Positions 37,350 through 46,292 of a DNA stretch of 64,000 nt are shown one piece after another (position 1 is the first letter of the stretch; each line of letters starts with the position of its first letter). The translations under genes and the position numbers were made by a program. The notes under the pieces are model-generated. The model saw only the letters and a program-made list of their open reading frames with translations. It was not told the origin of the DNA and did no database searches. Source of the stretch: an uncultured Planctomycetia bacterium (GTDB lineage Bacteria; Omnitrophota; Gorgyraeia; VGKH01; JBHPFN01); contig CAYOSQ010000008.1 of the NCBI GenBank assembly GCA_964406665.1, forward strand, positions 3,933 through 67,932. The letters run 5' to 3'.

Positions 37350-39646
37350 AAGATCTGTTGACTCAATATACTTCTAGCGAAGATTGGGTAATTAATAAAG
37401 AAGGTTGGGATAAGGAACTTCAAGGAATTCGCGAGACACAGTTTACTTTAGGGAATGGATATTTAGGTTCGCGGGGAGTTTTAGAGGAAATCCCTCTTGG
37501 GGCTGAGCCGGGTACATTTCTTGCAGGAGTTTTTGACAAATCAGGTGCACAAATTCCAGAAATAGTTAATCTTCCTAACCCCATTGATTTTAAGATTATA
37601 GTACAGGGTGAAAAAATGGGAGTTGTTGCGATGGATGTCTTGGATCATGAACGCATTTTAGATATGAAAAAAGGTATCCTTTTGAGAAAAACCAAATTTG
37701 CCAATGCAAGAAAGCAAAGGTTTGAATATCAATCTTTAAGATTCTTTAGTATGGATGATATTCATTTAGGGGCAATGAGAGCGACTTTTACCCCGCTAGA
37801 TGGGCCAGCTGAGATAATTTTTCAGAGTGTAACTGATGTTTCTGTTGTTAACAAAGGTTTACTTACTGAGGGAAATAAGAAACATTTTCAGATGATGAGG
37901 GTTGCTCGAGGTAAGGAGCTTAACTATTTTCGTATTCAGACATTTGAAAGTAAGATATCGGTTGGGTTTGCTAATAGTTTGTTAATCAATGATGGCAAAA
38001 AAACTTATCGCGTCAAAGAACGTGCTATTCATTTAAAAGTTAAAAAAGGCCAAACCATTTCATTTACAAAAATATTTTCTATTTATTCAACCCGTGATGT
38101 ATTGTTGAAAGATTTGCCTATTCAAACAAAAAAAACATTAAGAAAAAGTTTGAGCCTCGGTTTTGATGAATGTCTTAAAAAGCATATTAATGCCTGGGAA
38201 GAAAAGTGGGCTGTAAGTGATGTGAAAGTAAAGCCTGATAATGAATTACAGAAAGCAATCAGGTTTAATATATATCATCTAATCATTTTAGGAAATGACC
38301 GGGGAACCGATACAAGCATAGGTGCTAAAGGTTTAGCCGGGCAGGGTTATAGAGGCCATATCTTTTGGGACGGTGAGATTTTTATCTTGCCGTTTTTTAT
38401 TTACAATAATCCTATTGTTGCCAAAAACATGCTTATTTATAGATATAATAGATTACCGGCATCCCGAAAGAATGCTTTGAAGAATGGATACAAAGGAGCT
38501 CAATTTGTCTGGGAATCTGCAGATACCGGAGAGGAAACAACGCCATCTTGGCATAAATTGCCGGATGGAAGTATTATTAAGATTTATACTGGACAGCAAG
38601 AGCATCATATTGTTGCTGATATTGCTTATGCAGTAGATCATTATTATAACGCTACCTGTGACAGTGAATTTATGGTTGAGCATGGTTTGGAGATAATATT
38701 TGAGGCTGCAAAGTTTTGGGCTAGTAGAGTAGAACTTAATAAAAAGAAGAAAAGATATGAAATTAAGCATGTTATCGGCCCTGATGAATTTAGAGAAGAT
38801 ATAAATAATAATGCCTTCACTAATGCAATGGCACGCTGGAATCTTTTAAGGGCGGTTGAGCTTTATCGGGAATTTGAAAAGAAGAGTTCTGATTTCAAAA
38901 AGCTTTCTAAAAAAATTAAACTAAAAAAATCAGAGTGTGATACTTGGCGCCAAATCGGTAGAAAATTATTTATTCCTAGGTCAAAAAGAAAGAATTTAAT
39001 TGAACAATGCGATGGATATTTTGCAAAAGAAGATGTTAAGATTTCTGATTATGACGAAAACGGCATGCCGCTTGTGCCTAAGTCTGTTTCCGAAAGGAAG
39101 CTTGAGGAAACACAACTTATAAAGCAGGCTGATGTGGTTATGCTTTTATACTTGCTTTCCAATTCGTTTTCTGATGAGCAGAAGAGAAATAATTATCAGT
39201 ATTATGTTAGAAGGACCATGCATAAGTCATCGCTTAGTCCATCTATAAACGCGATAATCGGGGCAGAAGTTGGAGATTCTAAGAGAGCGTTTAAGTTGTT
39301 TTCTATGGCGCTTTATACTGATCTTAAAGACGTTCATGGCAATATCGTTGATGGTATCCATTCAGCTTGTTTGGGAGGGGTGTGGCAGGTTTTGATTAAA
39401 GGTTTTGGTGGTATGAGGATAAAAAGAAACATTTTAACTTTTGATCCTAAACTCCCAAGCCAGATAAAATCTTTAGAATTTTCTGTTTTTTGGAGAAACT
39501 GCTTAATAAATGTATCAATGCAGAAAAATAAAATAAAAATTTCATTTAACTCATCTACAAGAAAAAGTTTGAGGATCATGGTTTATAAAACTATTAGGGA
39601 TTTAACAATCAATAAGACTTTTACTTTTTCCAGAAAGGCGAGGTAG
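37346..39646 (+). CDS. glycoside hydrolase family 65 alpha-glucoside phosphorylase (maltose/trehalose/kojibiose phosphorylase type)
   Basis: 766 aa. N-terminal beta-sandwich and central (alpha/alpha)6 barrel blocks (GYRGHIFWDGEIFILPFF, acid-catalyst region). Paired with beta-PGM. Confidence 0.88.
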   Translation: MKDLLTQYTSSEDWVINKEGWDKELQGIRETQFTLGNGYLGSRGVLEEIPLGAEPGTFLAGVFDKSGAQIPEIVNLPNPIDFKIIVQGEKMGVVAMDVLDHERILDMKKGILLRKTKFANARKQRFEYQSLRFFSMDDIHLGAMRATFTPLDGPAEIIFQSVTDVSVVNKGLLTEGNKKHFQMMRVARGKELNYFRIQTFESKISVGFANSLLINDGKKTYRVKERAIHLKVKKGQTISFTKIFSIYSTRDVLLKDLPIQTKKTLRKSLSLGFDECLKKHINAWEEKWAVSDVKVKPDNELQKAIRFNIYHLIILGNDRGTDTSIGAKGLAGQGYRGHIFWDGEIFILPFFIYNNPIVAKNMLIYRYNRLPASRKNALKNGYKGAQFVWESADTGEETTPSWHKLPDGSIIKIYTGQQEHHIVADIAYAVDHYYNATCDSEFMVEHGLEIIFEAAKFWASRVELNKKKKRYEIKHVIGPDEFREDINNNAFTNAMARWNLLRAVELYREFEKKSSDFKKLSKKIKLKKSECDTWRQIGRKLFIPRSKRKNLIEQCDGYFAKEDVKISDYDENGMPLVPKSVSERKLEETQLIKQADVVMLLYLLSNSFSDEQKRNNYQYYVRRTMHKSSLSPSINAIIGAEVGDSKRAFKLFSMALYTDLKDVHGNIVDGIHSACLGGVWQVLIKGFGGMRIKRNILTFDPKLPSQIKSLEFSVFWRNCLINVSMQKNKIKISFNSSTRKSLRIMVYKTIRDLTINKTFTFSRKAR

Positions 39647-39648
39647 GT

Positions 39649-40023
39649 ATGAGCAAGGTAAAAAATTTAATGACAAGAAGAGTTATTACTATACCCACGG
39701 ATATGCCCATTGAACAAATTTGTAAAATTCTTACGAAAAACAGCTTAAGTGGAGTTCCTGTAGTTAGCGACAACAATAAGCTGATTGGTTTTGTTTCAGA
39801 AAGAGATATTATACTTATGATTGCATCGGGTGATTACTGTGATAAAACAGCAAAGGATTTCATGTGTAAGAAATTAATTACTGTTGATGAAAATACTGAT
39901 TTGACCAAGGTATCAAAAATATTTTCGGGCAATCCTTTCCGTCATATTCCCGTTGTAAAAAAAGGTGAAGTTGTGGGGATTGTTTCCAGAAGAGATGTTG
40001 TGCATAGTCTTTTAGTGTCTTAG
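39649..40023 (+). CDS. stand-alone CBS-pair protein
   Basis: Two CBS motifs (MTRRVITIP...SGVPVVSDNNKLIGFVSERDI and FMCKKLITVD...RHIPVVKKGEVVGIVSRRDV). Confidence 0.8.
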   Translation: MSKVKNLMTRRVITIPTDMPIEQICKILTKNSLSGVPVVSDNNKLIGFVSERDIILMIASGDYCDKTAKDFMCKKLITVDENTDLTKVSKIFSGNPFRHIPVVKKGEVVGIVSRRDVVHSLLVS

Positions 40024-40048
40024 ATTTATCTTAAAAGGAGGTAGCAAC

Positions 40049-41254
40049 TTGGTAAAAAAGAAAAGAAATTTAAGTAAGAAGTTAAATATCGCTCAGCTAC
40101 ACTGGGGTTTTCCTCCTATTATTGGTGGGGTAGAAACCCACCTAGATATGATTATGCCCATGATGGTAAAGCTTGGGCATCGTGTCGCGCTTCTTACTGG
40201 TACTGCAGAAGGAGTGAAGACTCGTTATGCATACAAAGGTATAGATATATTTCGTACACCTTTGATGGATTTGAACTGGTTGTATAAAAGAGGATTGCAT
40301 GGTCTTGAAGATGAGCTAACCACTACATTTAAGAATTTTTTGAATCATGTTAAGCCCAATGTTATCCATTGTCATAATATGCATTATTTCAGTCTTGTAC
40401 ATGCAAGAGTGATAGAGCGCGAGGCGCTTAAAAGAAAAATTCCATTAATTTTGACTGCTCATAATGTTTGGGATGAAATGCTTTTTTTGCAGCTTTCTCG
40501 TGATATAAAATGGACACGAATAATTGCGGTAAGCCATTTTATCAAGAAGGAAATGATAGGTGCGGGTTGCAATGATAGGAAGATAAACGTAGTTCATCAT
40601 GGTATAGACGCTAAAGAATTCCATCCTACAGTTAAAACTAAAGAAATTGAAGATAAATATCCTCAGCTTAAGAATAAACGAATTATATTTCATCCGGCGA
40701 GGATGGGTTTGGCCAAAGGGTGCGATACAAGCATTAAGGCGTTTAGTATTGTTAAGGAGAGATTTCCTGATGCAATGCTTGTTTTGGCTGGAACAAAACA
40801 TATTATTGATTGGGGTGAAACCCAACAAAAGGATATTGCTTACTTGGTTAAATTGGTTAAAATTTTTGATCTCGAAGATAGTGTATTAATAGATGTTTAT
40901 TCTAGAAAGGAAATTTCAAAGATTTACGCTCTGACAGATGTCTGCATATATCCTTCTACTGGCTGTGAGCCTTTTGGCCTTACAATGCTAGAGGCTTTAG
41001 CAACAGCAAAACCAATGGTGGTTACTAATGCCGGCGGTATGCCTGAGATTATTCGAGACGGAATAAATGGTTTTGTGGTTCCCATTAGAGATTTTGAAGC
41101 TTTGGCTTCTAGGATTATTCAACTTCTAGCAAATGACAACTTACGCAGAAGATTGGGAGATACCGGAAAAGAAATAGTTGATGAGTATTACAGAAAAGAG
41201 CATGTGACCAGAAATACCCTCAACGTGTACAGAAAGGCAATGGAAGAGATCTAG
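40049..41254 (+). CDS. GT4-family glycosyltransferase
   Basis: GT-B fold with the C-terminal EPFGLTMLEALATAKPMVVTNAGGMPEII (EX7E-type) motif. Confidence 0.8.
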   Translation: MVKKKRNLSKKLNIAQLHWGFPPIIGGVETHLDMIMPMMVKLGHRVALLTGTAEGVKTRYAYKGIDIFRTPLMDLNWLYKRGLHGLEDELTTTFKNFLNHVKPNVIHCHNMHYFSLVHARVIEREALKRKIPLILTAHNVWDEMLFLQLSRDIKWTRIIAVSHFIKKEMIGAGCNDRKINVVHHGIDAKEFHPTVKTKEIEDKYPQLKNKRIIFHPARMGLAKGCDTSIKAFSIVKERFPDAMLVLAGTKHIIDWGETQQKDIAYLVKLVKIFDLEDSVLIDVYSRKEISKIYALTDVCIYPSTGCEPFGLTMLEALATAKPMVVTNAGGMPEIIRDGINGFVVPIRDFEALASRIIQLLANDNLRRRLGDTGKEIVDEYYRKEHVTRNTLNVYRKAMEEI

Positions 41255-41267
41255 GAGAGTTTGTTTT

Positions 41268-41573
41268 ATGTTTGTAACCAGTAATTTCTTAGCCGCTGTA
41301 GCGCAAATCATAGATATGATTCTAACCATTCTTTATTGGTTGATCTTGATACGTGCGCTTATCAGTTGGGTGAATCCTGATCCTTATAATCCGATAGTGC
41401 AATTTTTGCATAGAGCAACCGAACCAATACTAGAGCCGATTAGAAGAATGCTTCCTTTAAATTTTAGGTTTGGGTTAGATATATCTCCGATAATAGCTTT
41501 TTTGCTTATCTTTTTTCTAAGAGCGTTTTTAGTGCGTACACTTATTGATATGAGCATAAAAATGAGATACTAG
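41268..41573 (+). CDS. YggT-family membrane protein
   Basis: 101 aa, two TM helices with the YggT pattern (ILYWLILIRALISWV...PI). Confidence 0.65.
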   Translation: MFVTSNFLAAVAQIIDMILTILYWLILIRALISWVNPDPYNPIVQFLHRATEPILEPIRRMLPLNFRFGLDISPIIAFLLIFFLRAFLVRTLIDMSIKMRY

Positions 41574-41609
41574 TTTGAGTATTGATTATTAGATAAAAGG
41601 AGTGCATTA

Positions 41610-41831
41610 ATGAAAGAAAGAATAGAAGCTGCTTTAGACAAAATTAGACCGACATTAGAAGCTGATGGCGGCAGTGTTGATTTTGTAGATGTTTCTGATG
41701 ATGGTATAGTTAAAGTTAAGCTTACTGGAGCTTGTTCCGGGTGTCCTATGAGTCAGATGACTCTGAAAATGGGTATCGAAAGGATTTTAAAGCAAGAAGT
41801 TCCTGAAGTCAAGGAAGTTGTCTCGGTATAA
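41610..41831 (+). CDS. NifU-like (Nfu-type) Fe-S cluster carrier domain protein
   Basis: 73 aa with the CxxC motif GACSGCPMS and surrounding Nfu consensus. Confidence 0.8.
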   Translation: MKERIEAALDKIRPTLEADGGSVDFVDVSDDGIVKVKLTGACSGCPMSQMTLKMGIERILKQEVPEVKEVVSV

Positions 41832-41853
41832 TTATCTAGAATAAAGAAATAAA

Positions 41854-42405
41854 ATGGGATACGGCGCTGCATTAGCTAAAGCCTGGGAGCAGGTAAATAA
41901 TCTTACTGAAGAAAAGAAATATTCGGTCCGAATACTTTCTGATGAATATGAGATAGATGCAGAGTCTAAGAGTATTTTATCTTTATCCTGTAATGTTCCC
42001 GCAAAGGATTTCGTAAGTATTTTGGTTTTGCATTATTTGGCGCAAAAACTAAAATGGTTACCGCAGACTACCGGTGAGTGGATTTCTTTCAAGCAGCTTG
42101 ACGGTGGGATGGGGTATTACCCGGCATTCAAAAAACGTACAATTGATCAGATCGTAGGGAAATATGGTAGTAATCCTGATGCCATCTTTGAAACCGTGGA
42201 GCGCCTGAAGGCAAAAAGAGCACAGCTCTCAGATGTTAGCGTTGTTCTAGAAGTATTTAACAATGTTCCCGTGCTTATAACATTATCTCGGGCTGATGAA
42301 GAGTTTGGTCCTGAGGCTAATATGCTTTTCGATGCGAGCATTAAGGATATATTTTGCACTGAAGATGTAGCGGTTATGGCTAGTTTTGTTGCAGCGAATA
42401 TTTAA
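41854..42405 (+). CDS. hypothetical protein (183 aa)
   Basis: Good coding statistics. No motif I can assign. Confidence 0.4.
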   Translation: MGYGAALAKAWEQVNNLTEEKKYSVRILSDEYEIDAESKSILSLSCNVPAKDFVSILVLHYLAQKLKWLPQTTGEWISFKQLDGGMGYYPAFKKRTIDQIVGKYGSNPDAIFETVERLKAKRAQLSDVSVVLEVFNNVPVLITLSRADEEFGPEANMLFDASIKDIFCTEDVAVMASFVAANI

Positions 42406-42517
42406 TTTATATTGTTTTTGTCATTTTTTCTTGACTTATTTTGGTAGCATAGTAACATAATTTTGTGAACACAATTTGTTTAATTTAACTTAAGTTATAG
42501 TCAAAAAGGAGGAATCA

Positions 42518-42937
42518 ATGAAAAAACTAGTAAAGGTAAAGGGTAAAAAACATACTCCTTTCGGGTTAAAAATTACAGGTCATATAATTAAAGTAAAAGG
42601 CACTATTTCAATTTGCCAAGCTGCCAATGTCTTACTAGAGAATAAAATTGGAGCCTGTGTTGTAGAAAAAGATGGTAATCTTTCTGGTATTATTTCTGAG
42701 CGCGATATCGTTTGGAGAGTAGTTGCCCGAGGAAAATCTTTGGATAAAACTAAAGTAAAAGATGTAATGACAAAGAAAGTAATTACCATAGATTTAGATA
42801 AAGGTGTTGAAGATCTTTATGAAACCATGAAAAAGATTCCTTTTAGGCATCTGCCTGTTCAGAAAGGAAAAGAAATTATTGGCATGGTTTCCAGTAGAGA
42901 TTTGAAATATTTGCTGAAACTTAAAGAAACAAAATAA
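42518..42937 (+). CDS. stand-alone CBS-pair protein
   Basis: Two CBS motifs (GACVVEKDGNLSGIISERDI, FRHLPVQKGKEIIGMVSSRDL). Confidence 0.8.
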   Translation: MKKLVKVKGKKHTPFGLKITGHIIKVKGTISICQAANVLLENKIGACVVEKDGNLSGIISERDIVWRVVARGKSLDKTKVKDVMTKKVITIDLDKGVEDLYETMKKIPFRHLPVQKGKEIIGMVSSRDLKYLLKLKETK

Positions 42938-42989
42938 ATTAATAATAGACATTTCAAAATATCTCCCAGGTTAACCCCGATTAAGCTGC

Positions 42990-44912
42990 GTGGACAAAAT
43001 TATACAAATTTTTGCTAACTTTGTTATGAAGAAAATCATATTTATTTTATGCGCGCTGTTTTTCTTATCAGCTAATGCCGCATATTGCCAGCAGAAATCT
43101 CTAATTCCTCTTGAAATACTCTTTGGAAACCCTGAACGGGCCAATCCTGAAATTTCTCCCAATGGAAAACTTTTGACTTATCTAGCTCCCTATGAAGGCG
43201 TAACTAATCTTTGGATTAAGACATTGGGCGAAGAAGATGATAGGGTTATTACTAAAGATAAGCACAGGGGTATTTGGTATTATTTTTGGGCAGAAGATAA
43301 TAAACATGTTATTTATCTGCAGGATGCTGATGGAGATGAAAATTGGCATCTTTTCTCAATTAATCTAGAAACTGGAACTATTCGAGATTTAACTCCGTTT
43401 TTAGGAGTAAAAGCAGGAGTAATAGCAACGGACAATAATTTTCCCGATGAAGTTTTGGTAAAACTTAATATTCGCGATAAAAGCATTTTTGATGCTTATA
43501 GTATTGATTTGAATACCGGTGCAGTGGTTGAAATTCAGAGAAATCCGGGAGATATAATTGGATGGTCAACAGATAACGATTTTAATATTAGGCTTGCCTA
43601 TAAGGCCATGCCTGACGGAGGCAGTCAGCTTCTTAGAAAAAAAAGTAAGCATCATGATTTTAAAGAATTAATTACTTGGCCAGCCGATGAATATGGTGGA
43701 GGAATAGGGTTTACTCCAAATAATAGATATCTATATATTACAGATAGTACCGCAGAGAACACTAGCCGTTTGTACAAAATAAATATTAGAACTAAGAGAA
43801 AAAAATTAATCGCTTTTGATGATGAGGTAGATGTTGGCAGTGTCATGGTTCATCCTACTAAACATCATCTTCAGGCGGTAAGTTTTACTAAAGAAAGACT
43901 GCAGTGGAAAGTTCTGGATAAAGATATTGAAGATGATTTTGAAGCTTTGGAAAAACTAAATTCCGGAAACTTTCATGTTCTTAGTAGAGATTTATCAGAT
44001 TCTAAATGGATAGTAGTGTTCTGGCGAGATGATTTTCCCGCAAGTTATTTTCTGTATAATAGAAAAAATAAAACTCCTACATTTCTTTTTAGTGCAAGGC
44101 CTAAGCTAGAAGATTATTCTCTTTCTAAAATGGAACCAATAAAGATTGTCTCTCGCGATGGTTTGAGCATGCAGTGTTATCTAACTCTTCCTGTTGGAGG
44201 CAATAAAAGTAATTTGCCACTTGTGTTGCTAGTCCACGGTGGTCCTTGGTCTAGAGATAGCTGGGGATATGATGCCCAGGTTCAGTGGTTGGCTAATAGA
44301 GGCTTTGCGGTATTGCAGGTTAATTTTAGAGGTTCTTCCGGTTTTGGCAAAAGATTCCTAAACGCAGGGAAAAAGGAATGGGGCAGGAAGATGCAGAATG
44401 ATTTAACCGATGCAGTTAACTGGGCCGTTGATAAAGGCATTGCTGATTCTAAGCGCATTGCTATATTTGGGGCTTCATATGGTGGATATGCGGCATTGGC
44501 TGGCGCTGCATTTACTCCTGATTTATTTGTATGTGCTGTGGATGCATTCGGTCCGAGTAATCTAGTTAGTTTTTTGAATTCTGTCCCTCCTTATTGGCGT
44601 CCAATGAAAAATATGTTTAGGGTTCGCGTAGGAGATTTAGAAAAAGAAGAAGACATGTTGAAAGAGCGCTCTCCGTTATTTAGCGCAGATAATATTAAAA
44701 TTCCTATGTTAATCGTTCAGGGAGCTAACGATGTGAGGGTAAAGAAAGAAGAGAGTGAGCAAATAGTCGAGGCTTTAAAGAAAAAAGGTATAGATGTAAG
44801 ATATCTTTTGTTTCCTGATGAGGGGCATGGTTTCATGAAACCTGAGAATAGGCTCAAGTTTTATTCTATCGCTGAAGATTTCTTAAAATTATATTTACAA
44901 AAAAGAAACTAG
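42990..44912 (+). CDS. secreted S9-family serine peptidase (prolyl oligopeptidase / dipeptidyl-peptidase type) with N-terminal beta-propeller
   Basis: Signal peptide. C-terminal alpha/beta-hydrolase domain with nucleophile GASYGGY, Asp (GANDVRV) and His (DEGHGF). Confidence 0.85.
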   Translation: MDKIIQIFANFVMKKIIFILCALFFLSANAAYCQQKSLIPLEILFGNPERANPEISPNGKLLTYLAPYEGVTNLWIKTLGEEDDRVITKDKHRGIWYYFWAEDNKHVIYLQDADGDENWHLFSINLETGTIRDLTPFLGVKAGVIATDNNFPDEVLVKLNIRDKSIFDAYSIDLNTGAVVEIQRNPGDIIGWSTDNDFNIRLAYKAMPDGGSQLLRKKSKHHDFKELITWPADEYGGGIGFTPNNRYLYITDSTAENTSRLYKINIRTKRKKLIAFDDEVDVGSVMVHPTKHHLQAVSFTKERLQWKVLDKDIEDDFEALEKLNSGNFHVLSRDLSDSKWIVVFWRDDFPASYFLYNRKNKTPTFLFSARPKLEDYSLSKMEPIKIVSRDGLSMQCYLTLPVGGNKSNLPLVLLVHGGPWSRDSWGYDAQVQWLANRGFAVLQVNFRGSSGFGKRFLNAGKKEWGRKMQNDLTDAVNWAVDKGIADSKRIAIFGASYGGYAALAGAAFTPDLFVCAVDAFGPSNLVSFLNSVPPYWRPMKNMFRVRVGDLEKEEDMLKERSPLFSADNIKIPMLIVQGANDVRVKKEESEQIVEALKKKGIDVRYLLFPDEGHGFMKPENRLKFYSIAEDFLKLYLQKRN

Positions 44913-45060
44913 AGGCAACACATTGATAATTCATTTGATTTATTCTTGCTAAATTGCAGCAAAAGATATAAAATAAAGCATAAGAATTCAGCAAATTTGA
45001 TTTTTTGATCATTCCTTATATTTTTGTAGCTTAACTAATAATTAGACTTAAGGGGGAATA

Positions 45061-45471
45061 ATGAAGAAACAGCGGGCATTTAGTATGCATCTTTCCAGAG
45101 GGGTTGTTGTAGCTAACGAAAGTACTTCTGCGAGAGAAATAGCTTGTCTTATGGATGAGAATAATATTGGTGCGGTTATTATTTTAAAAGGTGAGAAACT
45201 CGTAGGTATTGTTAGTGAGAGAGACATAACTAGAAGAGTTGTGGCTAAGGATTTAACTCCGTCAAGAACTAAAGCCAAGACGTTTATGACTAAAGATGTT
45301 GCTACGGCTGAATTTAGCGATGGAATAAAAAAGATTTACCAAACACTTTGTGAAATAAAATTCAGGCATCTTCCTATTATGGATAAAGGAAAGCTAGTAG
45401 GCATAGCATCGCAAAGAGACGTATTGTATAATTTAACTTTAAAAGAAACTAAACAAGGGAAGGAAAAATGA
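45061..45471 (+). CDS. stand-alone CBS-pair protein
   Basis: Two CBS motifs (GAVIILKGEKLVGIVSERDI, FRHLPIMDKGKLVGIASQRDV). Confidence 0.8.
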   Translation: MKKQRAFSMHLSRGVVVANESTSAREIACLMDENNIGAVIILKGEKLVGIVSERDITRRVVAKDLTPSRTKAKTFMTKDVATAEFSDGIKKIYQTLCEIKFRHLPIMDKGKLVGIASQRDVLYNLTLKETKQGKEK

Positions 45472-45839
45472 AACAGGAAATTGGTGCGCCGAAAGAAGAT
45501 CTGATTCGAAAACTAAAGGATATAGCAGCTGAATATTTTACTATTATAGCTCATTTAAGAGTAGGAATTAAAATAAGCATTGTTTTTGGACTGCTGCTTA
45601 TGGGTTCTATGGCTGTATATTTTATTAAGATTTACCCGGAATTTGCAAAGACCCAACAAGAAGAAGTTCCATATAAAGCTTGTTTAGGTGAAGCGTTTAC
45701 GCTTTATCGAGAAAAATGGGATCAAGCTTGCAAAAAAGATAATCAGGGTTCTGGTTGTGGATTATCTGAGAGAGAATCTGAGTCTATAAATGATTATCTT
45801 GATGATTTAAAACGTAACTGTTACGTAAAACACCGTTGA
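45468..45839 (+). CDS. hypothetical membrane-anchored protein (one TM helix)
   Basis: ATGA coupling with the upstream CBS gene. Hydrophobic IVFGLLLMGSMAVYFI. No motif. Confidence 0.4.
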   Translation: MKQEIGAPKEDLIRKLKDIAAEYFTIIAHLRVGIKISIVFGLLLMGSMAVYFIKIYPEFAKTQQEEVPYKACLGEAFTLYREKWDQACKKDNQGSGCGLSERESESINDYLDDLKRNCYVKHR

Positions 45840-45879
45840 CAAGTAAGATTTTATTTTGATATTCGAAAGGAGAATATTT

Positions 45880-46290
45880 ATGAAAAGGATAAATATACTT
45901 TTAATTATATTGTTAGCAGTTTTTAGTTTTGCTGCAGAAGATCAGGCTACGCGTAGTTTTCAAGAGGTAAAACCATATGTTGATGAGGTTTTTGCTATGC
46001 AAGGTGACGGTAACGAGATTTCTGCTAAGTTAAAAGAAAAGCAGATATCTGCTTCTTCTGCTGCAAAAGAGATTGAAGAGATTCATTCCAAGCTTCTGTT
46101 AGTTACCGCACCGGTAGAATATGAAAAATACCATCAAATTTTGTTAGACTTTTATGAAAAAAGAATGCTGGAATATAAGCTTTTAAGCAAAAAACGTCCT
46201 GTACCAGATTCTTTGAGTACAGAAATAAAAGAGTTGGCGCGTCAATCAGTATTAGAATTTATTGAAGTTGGCGGGAAGTTTAAGAAGTAA
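45880..46290 (+). CDS. hypothetical secreted protein
   Basis: Start placed at MKRINILLIILLAVFSFAA (signal peptide) with RBS aaggag 9 nt upstream. The track ORF begins 24 nt earlier. Confidence 0.4.
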   Translation: MKRINILLIILLAVFSFAAEDQATRSFQEVKPYVDEVFAMQGDGNEISAKLKEKQISASSAAKEIEEIHSKLLLVTAPVEYEKYHQILLDFYEKRMLEYKLLSKKRPVPDSLSTEIKELARQSVLEFIEVGGKFKK

Positions 46291-46292
46291 AC

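Noticed and set aside
44946-44962. Perfect 5-bp inverted repeat TTGCT-N7-AGCAA upstream of the CBS gene at 45061, as a possible operator.
   Set aside because: It is too short to be statistically meaningful in AT-rich DNA without comparative support.
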